Below are positions 35,470 through 48,885 of a stretch of 48,888 nucleotides of DNA, piece by piece. The notes beneath the pieces are model-generated. The model was not told where the DNA came from, did no database searches, and saw only the letters and a program-made list of their open reading frames with translations. The stretch comes from Nemertoderma westbladi. Its lineage: Eukaryota > Animalia > Xenacoelomorpha. Every line of letters begins with the position of its first letter. The first letter of the stretch is position 1. Location: NCBI GenBank assembly GCA_032718475.1, contig JAUCBJ010005292.1:1-48888 (forward strand), read 5' to 3'. A program made the translations under genes and the position numbers.

Positions 35470-38400
35470 GGTCTTGCATTCTTGTGAATGTGCCATCCAG
35501 AGATTTGGTGTACTCAGCAGTTAGAGCCCAGCATGGACTCCCATAGAGGAGTACTGGAACTACTGCTGCTCTAAATAATCGGACCTTAAGTTTCCGATTA
35601 ATTCTTGGTGACTTCCAAATCCTGGAAAGCCTATTCAAGGCTACCCATGCCTTTCCATTACGTATTCGAAGGTCCTCACCTGACTTCCGGATCCATGATC
35701 CCAGGTAACAGAAGTCTTCCACTTGCTCAGGCATACCATCCTTTGAGCTTATGCTCATCCGGTCAGAGACTTGCTGAGGACTTTCAAAGTTAACTGTCAA
35801 AATTTTCTAATGAGCTGAGGAACTGTTCGGCTCCTTCTAGTGATTATGAGAGTACTCCTAAGTCATCAGCAAAGTCTAGATCAGTTAGGTACTGGCATGA
35901 TTTCCTCGACTTCTGGTGCCAGTAGGTGGAGTTACCATCACCCCATCATCATTATGATGATCTAAGGACATTCGTAGAACATAGTCAACCACAATTATGA
36001 ACAAGAATGGCGCAAGTGTGTCTCCTTGGAGGACTCCCCATAACATTTCGAATGGTTCTGTGTCACCGTCAACAGTAGACACAAATGTTGTCGAACCATC
36101 GTATACTGGATCTGATTGCTGCAATAATTTAATCAGGAATCCCATATAATGAAAGTATGCTGAACATACGTGAGCGAGAGACTGAATCAAAGGCCTTGAA
36201 GAAGTCACAAAGATAACAGCCAGATGCCTGTCTTTCTTTTTTGATAACTCTTCAATTATCCTTCTAAGTGCCAAAATGGGCTCCATGGTCCCACGACCTT
36301 TACGGAACCCATTCTGATTTCCACGGAGCAGTCTCTCAATGGGATCCCTGATGCGATTTAATAGAATTTTATTGTATAGCTTTGCAGCAATCGAGATCAA
36401 TGAGATTCCCCGAAAAGAACCATAGAGTGTTAGGTGGCCCTTCTTGGGAACTGGCACCAACTTATTTGTTTTCATTTCTTGTGGGACTCTTGTTGTACGG
36501 TACATGTCTACTATGATGGGATAGATGAGCTTTAAACACTCAGGTATTTTAAAGACCTCAGGGGGAACACCATCTACTTCACTGGCACGATTGGTCTTAA
36601 TGCTCTTTGCAGCAGCCTTCACTTCTGCAAAGGAGATATCACCAATGGGCATATCTGGGAGTACAGACTCAGACACTTTTACTTCTATAAGGTTATCAGG
36701 CAATACCCTGTCATTATTGAGGAGCTTTTCAAAGTGGGCCTTCCAACCATTGAGGCGATCGGCTGGTGATTCAGCCTTAACCTTGGTGGTTTGTTGGCTT
36801 TTTCGACCAGCAAGCAAGTTGATCGATCTCCATGCCTGGGATGATTGCCTGCTGTCGTCAGCATCATTGATGGCATCAACCTGTTGGTTTATTAGCTCCT
36901 GTAAATTAACAGAGTACTGCCTGTTCAGGGACCTAGATGCAGCCTTAACTAGCATTCTTGGCCGCTGTAGTCTGTTTGAGTCGGGGCTCTTTCTGCGCCT
37001 TGTAGAGGTCATTTCGGCACTTCTGAACTTTGTTGTCAGTCCAGGGGGCCCGTTTCCTGTTTCGGGGGTATACAGGAACTGTTTCTGCAGCTGCTAACTT
37101 AACTGCCTCTGTGAACGCAGTATAGCCCTCACAGTGATCTGCCGCCTCAGAGGCAAGAACCTCATACCTGTTGCTCAGCTGTAGTGTGAAGCTGGATCTC
37201 ACACTTGGCTGTTGTAACAGAGGACCAGTCATGTCGCGGCAAGGCATATTTCGTTGTTCTGCTAGCACGCAGACTAAATCTTACCTTGGCCACAATAAGG
37301 CGGTGATCACTGCAGAAGGGTCGTAGTGTAAATGCATTACAGTCTTGTAGAGAGAGCTCCTGTATTTCCTACGAAACAGGATATGGTCTATCTGGGACTT
37401 GTGACCACTGGGTCCACTATGAGTCCATAGCTTTCCAGTTCGCTTCTTGAACTGGGTTCCAGCCGAAAACAATTTCCAGAGATAAAATCCTGAAGATGGA
37501 CGGAATTTCGGTTAACACTATTGCTATAGACCCAGGGCGATGTAGGTGATTGATGCAGACTTGCATTAAAGTCTCCCAGGAATGTTAAGAATGCATGCTG
37601 ATCCACTCCATCAGTAGCTGCTTGTAGATTCTGGTAGAAATTTTCCACCTCTACAGGGGCAACACTAGTTGGAGAGTAGCACACAATCAGAACCACCTTA
37701 GGAAACTTCTTAGCCAGTCTTCCAGAACATGAGAAGTGGCAACGGATGATGCTGTTAGAGATTTGGTCTATTTTGTCCAATGCTGCAGCATGTGCAGTTG
37801 GATTCATCAATAGACCAATTCCACCATTGCCACTATCATCTGCTGAAGCGAGGGCGAGTCGCCAACCGCCCCCCATGTCCTTAATCAGAACCTCATCAGT
37901 CTGTCCAGTCTGCATTCGGTGCTCTTGAACACCCACTGCACTAAGAGAAAGTTTATCTGCCAAGGCAGTCAGCTCACCTTGTCGCATTGGGGACCCGAGT
38001 GTTAGGGTGTTTACTGAGGCTAGTCTAGTGACTTGCCTCAGATTCACCAATGGCTTTGTTGGTCGGGGTGGAACATGAGAGTAGCCTCCAACTCCAGAAT
38101 CCCTCTCCCCCTCACAATCTGGCCTCCCTGGTGACCCAGGGTTTGGGCCAGAAAGGTCATCAGGAAAGGGACTCAAAGAATCGTTTGCCGCTCTCTCTCC
38201 AGTAGGGGGTGAGACAGGCAGCCGGTCAGGAGATAACTGACGTCTGTGAGGCCGATTGTGTCCAGTCATTCCACTGGCCTCTAGTGGCTGGACCTCCGCA
38301 TTACTAATGTAATCCATAGTGGGGGTTGGGGGGTGCTGTTTTGCCGAGTCAGCTCTCGGGGCAAATACCACACCCTGGTTTGCCATTCCACAGGGTGGGT

Positions 38401-38775
38401 GTCGCAGTGGAGTCAGATATGAGGCCCATCACCCATATCTACTCTGGCGCACATGACCCACCATTGGCTGTGCAGCTCATCTGCTGGGTCATGCCCTGTA
38501 CCCCTGCTGCCAGGTGCAGGTCGCAGTGAAGTGCACTCAGAGTGGACATGAGAACACTCTACTCCTGACCAGCCATTGGTAGATCACCATCTGCCTGGCC
38601 AGGCCATATACCCCTACAGCCAAGTATATGGGTCCTTAATCCAGGACCAAGGGCGTCCTTATCCCAGAACGAAGAGGGTCCTAGTTACAGGACCAGATTT
38701 GCCCTAGTAAGAGGGTCTATGCAGCTACAGGTGGCACCTCCTTTATGCTGCATGGAGGTGGCAAGTTTTCTTGAT
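35470..38775 (-). mobile_element. RTE-clade LINE, near full length (5' UTR, APE, RT), 3' end missing, frameshifted
   Basis: APE motifs VQEHR, YSPT, GDFNA, QIDHIL; RT motifs PVPKKG, RGISL, QNGFR, GVLQGDTLAPFLF, DLDFADD (about 35861-35881). Same family as 100-880. Confidence 0.93.
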
Positions 38776-38869
38776 CAATGACCTAGAATACCTGACCTGA
38801 CAAAGTAGTACCGTACCGGTAGGCCTATGTCATTACTTCGGAGTCTCTAGCCGATCCCCAATTAAATGT

Positions 38870-39248
38870 CTTAACTTTTCAATTTCGTAGAAGATAGACT
38901 TTATGATTCTCTACAAGCAACCAAAATTTCAGCTCTGGAAAATGAGGCGTTCCCGAGAAATTTAACATTTTCTAAAAACCACATAATCTGTCGAAGCTGA
39001 CGTCAGACTGCATGATTTTTCACCACACTTTACAAATTTTCTTAACTTTCCCTCTACTACTTACCTACAGTACTAAGTTTGGTTCAATTTCAAATCAGCG
39101 ATGCCGAGAAATTCGCGTTCAAAGATTTACCAGACAGACAGACGGACGGACGGACAGACGGACGGACGGACAGACAGACGGACATGCCCCATTTGCCCTA
39201 TATGAACCGTATGCCAAGGCTCGCCGACTACGTGTTTCGCCCCACAGT
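38870..39248 (+). mobile_element. HINE/DINE-like repeat end with (GACA/GACG)n microsatellite
   Basis: Tetranucleotide run at 39132-39184, then a terminus resembling family A (..CTCGCC..TTCGCCCCACA). Confidence 0.5.
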
Positions 39249-39289
39249 TAAGTAGTAAGTTAGTAAGTAGTTAGGAACGATTAGGAGCC

Positions 39290-40920
39290 GTGCCCAGTGT
39301 TTTTAAGTCAGCAGTCCTCTCACCAATCCTAAAGAAGGCACGTTTAAATCTTGAGTTACTTAAGAACTTTAGACCCATATCAAATTTGTTATATATTTCT
39401 AAGCTTGTAGAAAAAGTAGTCGCAAAGCAATTAACGACACATATGGATCTTAACAGTCTTGACGATTAAATGCAAAGTGCATATATACAGTACAGTTCCA
39501 TGGTACTGAAACAGCTTTACTTACTGTTATGGATGATATACTACTGTACGTGGTATTGATGGCGGTTCTTTATGTCTGTTTATTGCCTTAGATCTGAGTG
39601 CTGCATTTGATACAGTATAACTTTCTAAATTACTTGAAGTTCTTGAACATAAAATTGGTGTCAAAGGCCCTGCACTGGCATGGTTCCATTCTTTTTTGAA
39701 AGATCGCTCAAAACAGGTACGTATTGGTGAATCATTCTCAAGTATACTCCAATTAAGGTAGGGTGTTCCACAGGGATCGGTGCTTGGACCACTGCTGTTC
39801 AGATTTACACTTTACTCTTTCGGAGGTCATCAGGCAGCATGGGCTCAAATGTCATTTCTACACTGATGACACCCAGCTGCTATACATAATATTCAAACGG
39901 AACGAAATATCAAACGCAGTGGAACTCTCTGAAAAATGTCTCGCTGATATCCGCATCTGGATGGCTGAACTTCCTGAAACTAAATACAGACAAGACTGAG
40001 ATCCTCCTGCTCCAGTCGACATTTGGTGCTCAGGTTAATGTGAAATCAATCCATATCGGCAACGACAATGTTGCATGTACACTGTAGTTCCTCTGCAAAG
40101 AATATTGGATTAATTATATGGATTCGCATCTAACCCTTGAAAAACAGAGGAGTGGTTGTTAGAGAATCTTTCTTCCATTTGCGTAATTTAGCACGAATTA
40201 AACGTTACCTAAGCAAAGATTCACTTGAGATATTAATTCATTGCTTTATTACTAACAAGTTAGATATATAAATAACTCACTTTATTTTGGATTGTCCGCT
40301 AAGACATTGAAAAGACTCCAATACGTACAAAATTCCGCAGCCTGGTTACTGTGCGGTGTCAAGAAACATGACCACATTACACCAACATTACGGGATCTCC
40401 ACTGGTTACCGATCTGTCGTAGAATAGAGTTTAAGATTGCAACGATAACCTTCAAATGCCTTCATGGTACAGCACCAAGTTACCTGCGTAATCGGCTTAC
40501 ATTGTACAATCCCACGCGTGAACTGTGTTCTACAGACAATGGTGTACTTGTAATCCCACGCTACCGCCTGGAACATTATGGTAAGCGAGCATTCTCAGTA
40601 TCTGCCCCAACCATTTGGAATGCGCTACCTGATGACATACGAAACGCTGACTCGATTGGGATATTCAAAGCGAAACTCAAAACATATCTTTAGAGGCAGG
40701 AATACCACAACGCAACAACCAATTGAATTATTAATGCCATCACTACTCTGTGCAAATATTACTTTTTAAAGAACTTTAACTCATTTATCGTCTAAGTATT
40801 TTTTAGAATGTTGTTTTATTATGTACATGCAGGAAATCTGCTTTTTACTTTTTACTTCTGGTGCCGCCTTGTTTAAAGTTCATAGAAAGGCGCGATATAA
40901 ATATAAATATTATTATTATA
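39290..40920 (+). mobile_element. L2-clade LINE, 5'-truncated and decayed
   Basis: NFRPISNL, HGTETAL, LDLSAAFDTV, GVPQGSVLGPLLF, FYTDDTQL, LHWLP..RIEFKI, RAFSVSAP.IWNALP..FKAKLKTYL; 3' GCC..GGC stem and (ATT)n tail. Confidence 0.93.
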
Positions 40921-40929
40921 TGTTCACAT

Positions 40930-41405
40930 TCAGACATTTAACCCTCTAGCGGTAGACAAAAGAACTGTAGACGACTCTGCAACTCCGTAAAGATACAGCC
41001 TTTGCTGTAGTAGATGCCTGCCAAGTTTCAGCTCAAAACTACTAAAAAGAACCAAATGGAATGAGGTATTCACCAACAGACAATTCGCCCTCTAGCGGCA
41101 GATGGGGGATCTGTATACGACTCTGCGACTCCGCAAAGATATAGCCTATGATGTAGTAGATGCCTACCAGGTTTCAGACAAAACGGGTTGTAAATAACAA
41201 GTTGGAGAAGATGTTAATTTTCAGACATTTAACCCTCTAGCGGTAGACTGGGGAACTGTAGAGAACTCAGTGACTCCGGAAATATACAGCCCATGCTGCA
41301 GTAGATAGCTACCATGTTTCAGCTCAAAAGCATTAAAAACAAATGAGATTAGGTTATCACTGTCACTATCGGACAAATCGCCCTCTAGCTATAGCGGCAG
41401 ACGGG
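40930..41405. repeat. Diverged tandem repeat, about 146-bp unit, 3+ copies
   Basis: The anchor CCCTCTAGC recurs at about 40942, 41087, 41233 and 41381. Confidence 0.8.
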
Positions 41406-42395
41406 GTGAACTTCAGACGGCTCTGGGTGTTACGTTGCCACGAGTTAGGGCGACACCTTTCTAACAAGCTATAGTAAGCGAGATTTCATCGAGATTAGAT
41501 GTATAATATTAGATAAAATAATAATACAGTAAGTTTGCCTACATAAATAATCACTTTACTACTGTAAAACAATAAAAAACTAAAATGTTATAAACCTCTC
41601 CTTCCATGCAGCCAATGATTGAGAAAGCAGAATTAGTCTTGGACAGTTCGCAACAGACAACCCACCCCAATCAACACTCCATCCTGCTTGCTCCTTATCT
41701 GTGCCCAGCTAGCTGCGAGTTCAATAATTACCTTAACGTTGCTATGATACAGCAAAAAAATCCTTCCCTATTCACTAAAAATAGGCCATGGACTTCTAGA
41801 ATGTTATTTATACCAGGACTGGAAACAAAGTAGCTACATATATTACTTTTAAAACACCAATTTTCTGTTAATACCTGCCTGTGAACAATCCTCTGTGTAC
41901 CTTTGGGTTGGGGTGCAGATTAAGGGGGGGAGGGGGTTGAAAGCGAGTAACTTTCCCCTCTTATGATTTATTTGCGGTTTGGTTAATTTCTTAAATACAG
42001 ATTTTGTGCTAGAATTGCTCAATTTTAATTTGTATCTCATAACTGAGCCTCGTGCTGCGCGAAGGCCCCGCGAACGTGTTCTTAACATATACACCAATTT
42101 TGTTATTTACAATCTGTTTAAACTCAAACTTGACAGGCAGGCATCTTACTTTACCATAAACTCCATCTTTACAGAACTGCAGCGCCGTCTGCATTTCACC
42201 AGTCCGCAAGAAGAGGGTGAAATGTCTGAAAATGAACATTTTCTGGAAATTTTGTTATTTACAATTTGCATAAAGTTGAAACTTGACAGTTATTTCTTAT
42301 GGCTGCGGTTTTTTATTTAATGATGTTGTCTGTTCCGTATGCAGTTCTCCAATCTCCCACACATATTCAGATACCATCTGCACATTCACTAGAAA

Positions 42396-43692
42396 GGGTA
42401 ATGGTGAAAAATATCGAGACTTGAAAAATATCGAGAGTAAAAATAACGAGTGTTGAAAAATATCGAGTGTTGAAAAATATCGAGTGTTGAAAAATATCGA
42501 GAGTAAAAATATCGAGTGTTGAAAAATATCGAGTGTTGAAAAATATCGAGAGTAAAAATATCGAGTGTTGAAAAATATCGAGTGTTGAAAAATATCGAGT
42601 GTTGAAAAATATCGGGTGTTGAAAAATATCGAGTGTTGAAAAATATCGAGTGTTGAAAAATATCGAGTGTTGAAAAATATCGAGAGTGAAAAATATCGAG
42701 TGTTGAAAAATATCGAGTGTTGAAAAATATCGAGTGTTGAAAAATATCGAGTGTTGAAAAATATCGAGAGTAAAAATATTGCATTTTACTTGAGCATTTT
42801 ATTTAGAATTATGGAACAATATTGCAGTGCATGGGTTACAACAGTGCAAGTGAATGGCATTATGTAATACACCTTGGGTACCCATTTACCAGATTTATTA
42901 TACTAGCTAGTTTTTGCTATTTTTTTAATAAATATTATAAAAGAAGTGCTAGCTATAAACTTTGATAAATATTATAAATATTGTTAAATATTATATTAGA
43001 ACACATACTGTATAAGCTACCAAATGTTTATAAATATTGTTGTTCTAGAACATTTTTAGTAAAAAAAATTATCATACAACCCTTATTTAAAAAAATTGTT
43101 ACTATCGATATTTTTACTCTCGATATTTTTCAACATTCTATATTTTTCAACACTCGATATTTTTACTCTCGATATTTTTCAACACTCGATATTTTTACTC
43201 TCGATATTTTTCAACACTCGATATTTTTACTCTCGATATTTTTCAACACTCGATATTTTTACTCTCGATATTTTTCAACACTCGATATTTTTCAACTCTC
43301 GATATTTTTCAACACTCGATATTTTTACTCTCGATATTTTTCAACACTCGATATTTTTACTCTCGATATTTTTACTCTCGATATTTTTCAACACTCGATA
43401 TTTTTCAACTCTCGATATTTTTCAACACTCGATATTTTTACTCTCGATATTTTTCAACACTCGATATTTTTACTCTCGATATTTTTCAACACTCGATATT
43501 TTTCAACTCTCGATATTTTTCAACACTCGATATTTTTCAACTCTCGATATTTTTCAACACTCGATATTTTTACTCTCGATAATTTTCAACTACTCGATAT
43601 TTTTACTCTCGATATTTTTACTCTCGATATTTTTACCCTCGATATTTTTACTCTCGATATTTTTCATGTCTCGATATTTTTCAATATAACCC
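42396..43692. mobile_element. Foldback-like element with inverted arrays of 16-17 bp repeats (AAAAATATCGAGTGTTG)
   Basis: Left array about 42406-42780, inverted right array about 43105-43682; GGGT/ACCC termini; TAGAAA repeated on both flanks (42390-42395, 43693-43698). Confidence 0.85.
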
Positions 43693-43702
43693 TAGAAATC
43701 TA

Positions 43703-43730
43703 TGGCCCGAAGGGCCACAGGCTTTCTAGT
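43703..43730 (+). mobile_element. Helitron-type 3' terminus
   Basis: Hairpin TGGCCC-GAA-GGGCCA followed 8 nt later by CTAG then T. A similar hairpin plus TTAGT is at 31137-31165. Confidence 0.55.
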
Positions 43731-43839
43731 ATATAATAAATACCAAAACACAATTTGGTCCTAAAATCCGTCCTAAAATTTCTATACATACATCTCACCC
43801 TCTTTATATCTGTCATTTACCAGACCAGGCTCTAGACGA

Positions 43840-44150
43840 TAAAAAATCGACTTGTTCGATCTACATTGACGACACTACTCTTTTTCAATCTAAAGCAGAT
43901 ATGATCTACTGGCGGATACTACTACTGAACTGGATAAGATTGCTAATTAGCTGTCCGATAACCGTCTTTCCCTGACCCTAAATATAACTGAATAGTGAAT
44001 ACCCTATATTTTCAAACTCTAACTTATCCCACTATCTGCCGGCTACATCAATCCAAAATAAACCAATCAAATTCGCAAGAACTACAAAATGACTTGATAG
44101 GAGGCTTATCTTTGTGGATAACAAACTGTCCTGGAAAACACAGTCAATTA
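43840..44150 (+). mobile_element. Decayed CR1/L2-group RT fragment
   Basis: YIDDTTLF and DNKLSWK motifs, separated by frameshifts. Confidence 0.4.
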
Positions 44151-44189
44151 AATCGTCAAGAAAATATCCAAAACATCAGAACTCTTCAA

Positions 44190-44675
44190 ATTCAGAAACA
44201 TTTCCCCCCTACGTCATCCCCCGCCATCTACATACTTATAATTGGTGTTGTGGGTGCGTTCGATGCTTCCCCCATATTGAACTCAAACTAGTCTTCCAAA
44301 ATAGTTGTAGATTGTCCTCCCTTTTTCCTTATAAAGACCGCGTTCCTCTCCTCATGCGTTCCCGTGTCGTCTATAAATACAACTGTGGAAGCTGCCCAGC
44401 CTCCTATATTGGCCGTACCGTACGACACCTTGGTAAAAGTATTGAGGAACATACTGGTAAGACCTACCGTACGGGTAGTTTCTCTGTTCCAAAAGATTCC
44501 GAATCTTTGACCATGCCATCTCCTGCGACCACCCTATCCATTTAGATAATTTCAAAATTCTCCCCTCTGGCAAACATATTCCAGAACTCAATATTAAAGA
44601 AACACTTTTACATCCGTTCACAAAACCCCTTCCTTAATGATCACATCATGTCCATTGAACTTCTTATACTTTAAG
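44190..44675 (+). mobile_element. Penelope-like element fragment (GIY-YIG endonuclease)
   Basis: FPYKD..VVYKYNCGSCPASYIGRTVRHL..IEEH, then DNFKIL..IKETLYI in another frame. Confidence 0.85.
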
Positions 44676-47600
44676 TTAATTACCCCCCCCCCCCCCCCCC
44701 CCATCTAATTATACCTGTTATGCCAGTCAAAGCCGCCCCCCCCCCCCCCCCCCTAATTAGTTTACACTTCTGTATATTATTTTTATATGTATTCTCCAAT
44801 ATTTTCTTGTACTTCACTCCAATTTTAATTTAATTTTACAAATTTCAGTGCAATTATTTGTAATGTTATTTTCTTTTAAAATATCAGACATTCCTCTCCT
44901 TCAGGGTTGACTTTATTCCGGCATATTATTATCATTAACCAACTTGGAAAAATTTAGGGAGTTGTTAGCAACACTATCTCCAAAAAATATAGAAAACTTG
45001 GCAGTATTTATATATAGCTATGCCTATTGCACATCGAACATAATTGATGTGCTACAGCAACATAGACAATACAGTATTCTGCCGCTGGGATGATCCTCTG
45101 GTGCGAAATTTTGCTATTACTCACTCAATGTAATATATTCATTATTGTTGTAGGTGCATTATATATAATAAGAAAACTGTATATACTCGTGTTTGAATCA
45201 TTGGTTCGACTTATACTGTATAATGTCAAATTATTATAGTGCTTAAGAATATTTACATTTCTTCGCTTTTTCCCAATGGCACTGGGTAAGAGAACAACTA
45301 CATCAAGGTCATTAATTATAATATATGTAATTGAAATATTACTTGTGCAACATCAATTTCAACTATAGACATATGTGTCTCCTTGCTAATACACAGAACT
45401 AATTTGTTTCTTATTATTTTTGTCTAACTACATACTCTTATCTAATTCATCCTTATCTACAAGGTGGTGTTCTTTTGGGGAGGTACGCAACGCACTCAAC
45501 TACACTAAAACAGCTGTGCACAAAAATAAATAAATCCCTCCGATGCTTCGGTCACTCTAAGGCTTCCTCTAAGCCATCTACAGTATTCATCCGAACTTTG
45601 TGACTTATTTTCCAAATCATCGAAAGTTCACAACAAGTACAGTACAACACCCGGGCAGTATTTAATCGATTGGCGCTTTAGTTCCCCCGGTCTTTAGATC
45701 CCGCAGGAATTCATATCCCGCGGGTCTTTAGATCCCGAAGTGAAATTTATTCACGAAGAACTAGAACCTTTTCCGTTTTATTCCATGAACTTCACAGGCG
45801 TTTATATTGATTTACAAATATAAAGCGAATTAGGGGTTTAAAATTAATCATTAACAATAATTCAGTTTTGTGAATTAACCTTACTTAGACACTATTCCAA
45901 CACCATACAAGCTATGCGACGTAGCAAATTTATCACATTTTGACAAGTTAGTAATGATAATCATATATATTGGATATTGGGTAGGACAGGCAACAAAGTA
46001 TAATATAGCATGTTAATACACAGTAGTATGGCTTTGATCCAACTAAACAACTCCATTTCCAGTATCAGCATAGCATACATACATATGCATAATTAAGAGC
46101 ATGGGGTTTGAGTATAGGTGTGCTCTAAGCATACCAAATTGTAGGGGAACGCAGAAATGTACTGTATTTAATGTGAGTTAGTATAATAATATATGGGTAT
46201 TGTATGAGGCGTTAGGTGAATCTAGCTTTGGTTATTAACAGTTAAGTTACTTAACTAATTCAACTTTTTTTTGGGTCCCAATCTGTTAAGAACGCACATG
46301 CAGGTGTCGGGGCGTGTTGACAATGGGTTATTTTTAGTGGCAGGCAACATTCAACCAATACTGGCCTGGTTGAGTCGTTCTTATCCAATATAATATATTG
46401 TACAACTTAATCTTAATTAATTGTAAAATCAATACACATCATGTTACAACTTACAACGTCACAAAATCCCACGCTGTGAAACATTCACTATGGCGAAAAT
46501 CACACGGGTTAGAATACACATAATGCATAAACACACCGTCGTCGTTACTGTTGGACATTTTAGTTTACTTGTGAGGTTTGTTGCTTTTGGATACGCATAC
46601 ACATTATCAATGGCGGTATTTAACTAAGTTTTATAAAGTTATTGAAGGTTTCTTAAACCTGAATGAATTATTCTACCAATACAAAATTCGATGGTAACAC
46701 GTCATGCAACTCCGAGATTTTAAACATCAAACCTCGGTGACAATCTCTGACAGAGAATAAATGGTTAAAACAACTGATTCATCCATTCGATTATATATTC
46801 TTTAAATAACGTTTCACAACATTTATTAATCGTAAATCAATAATTTACTTTTACAATGTCGAAAATAATAAGTTAAATTTAAATAATAAATATATAAATA
46901 GAATTTGAGAACAAGTACAGCTAAATTAATTATTGAATCATATGAAACATAGCAGCCCTTCCCTCCACGACCTTAAATTTATTTATGTTAAATATTTCGA
47001 AGAAACATGTTATACGTACATGATATATACAAATATGCCTTAGACAACGGTTAATAAATTTATACAGCATATTATGTGAATATCTGTATATATCAGGTAG
47101 GTCTACCCGTGTGTGTGGTAAATTATATAAAGAAACTTCGGGAGTTGTTTTAGAAGATCTGATCTAATCTGGTATGAGGACGTGAGTAATGATGTATCTT
47201 ATACCCCAATGATTTCCAATTAACTATACTCATAATTTAAGATCCATATATAGTTCACAGTTAAAAAAAACGTTGTTTATATATTATGTGCTAACGATAT
47301 ATTATTATTACATATAATTAAGATATTCAGTCACTGCAAAATAATTATAAACCAAAATGCAAATTACATTCGAAATGTGAAAACAACTACAAGAGTAAAA
47401 TCTACGTGGTGATATTTTGATTGCAGAAAAATTCTTAATTTTAAATTATATAGAATTTTAACGAGGACTGTTTTATTAGTGATGTGTTAGACTATGCGAA
47501 TAAAGGCGAATAGGTCAATATTAACGATATCGCTATTGCTTAACAACGACAATCGAATATCGGACCACTTTGAAATGGGATTTACCCTGTCAAAACACAA

Positions 47601-48832
47601 GTAAAATCGAGTTCACTAAGATTAATTGCAAGTCTTTTTCGAAATGATGTTGATGATGACGATGAAATGATGTCAACAACAAAAATCTCAAACGAACATT
47701 TTGTCTTCAAAATTAAACTATTAGGTAACGAAGACAAACAATTCACCCTTTTGATGTAAAACCTTTCAGAATAATGTTAAAGAATGTTTCATTTTTTGAA
47801 ATAACCAAACAGCTACTCCGCTTTACATATTAACTTTAGGACATTGCCATAATTTGAATTTCGATGTCCATAAATTAATAAAATCAGATCTAATATCGAA
47901 CATTGTTAATAAACCAATTATTATTTTGTAAACATATTGCATTGGAAAAATAGGTGCCGATTTTTGTTGTTTGACCACATTATTCTAATGTATATATTCT
48001 ATCATATTATGGTACTAACAAACACCCCCGGCATATACCATTACCACTACCAGGAGCCATAGTAGTAGATACATTGCAGAACCCCCCCCCCCCCCCCCCC
48101 CCCCTCCCCCTAATAGTAGAAGTCTCTCCAACGACAATGTCATTTAAAACCAGCGCTGCAAACCATTTCAACCCTGTAGAATATCACTTAATTTTGTAAC
48201 GCATTTATTGCTTTTGTACCTTCCAACCAGCACTGTAACCTAAACCTACCTACCCTACGGTACCGTGGCACAGTCAATTTAGTTTTTTTAGGGGAGTTCT
48301 GCCAGGGGCTGGGGATGGTTGTTCTACCATAATACACATTAATAAAGATCAAATATATATTTTTGCTTAAATTAAATTATATAAATGAAGTCATGCCGAA
48401 ACACACATTGATAAGAAAGCCTCGCTTTTTTGTTATATGTAATACTTTATTATTCACATTTGTTTGTACTATTGAAAATTAGAATACGAAATGTGAGGAC
48501 TATGTGTGATTGTGATACAAATGTACTAAAGTACAAACCCATACCCATTGCCATTCACAAATTCATAATAATAAAGGTAACTGAGTACCGTTGTAATTGT
48601 AAATAGCAGGACTTTTATATTGCAATGTCTATTTATGATTGCTGCAATGTTCCATTTCGCAGTAATACACCGAATATATGCATAAGAGCAAGCAAAAGTG
48701 ATATACCTCAGATACATAAGCAGGGGTCCCACTCAGAGAGTGTATGAAAGATCTAGAACTGTAAACGAGATATGGAAAGTAAAAGCAATGGAAAAAAAAC
48801 TAGAGGGGCAGAAAAAACTACGTAACATAAAC

Positions 48833-48885
48833 AGTACTCTGCGTTGATACCACTGCTTTAAGCAGTGGTATCAACGCAGAGTACT
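48833..48885. other. Library amplification adapter dimer (artefact)
   Basis: Reverse complement (48833-48858) and forward copy (48860-48885) of AAGCAGTGGTATCAACGCAGAGTACT, the SMART/PacBio ultra-low-input primer. Confidence 0.98.

Noticed and set aside
42389-43736. Repetitive ORFs (STLDIF / SIFFNTRYF)
   Set aside because: Translations of the 16-17 bp repeat arrays in several frames.
48833-48885. Perfect terminal palindrome as a hairpin telomere or viral end
   Set aside because: Exactly matches a commercial amplification primer.
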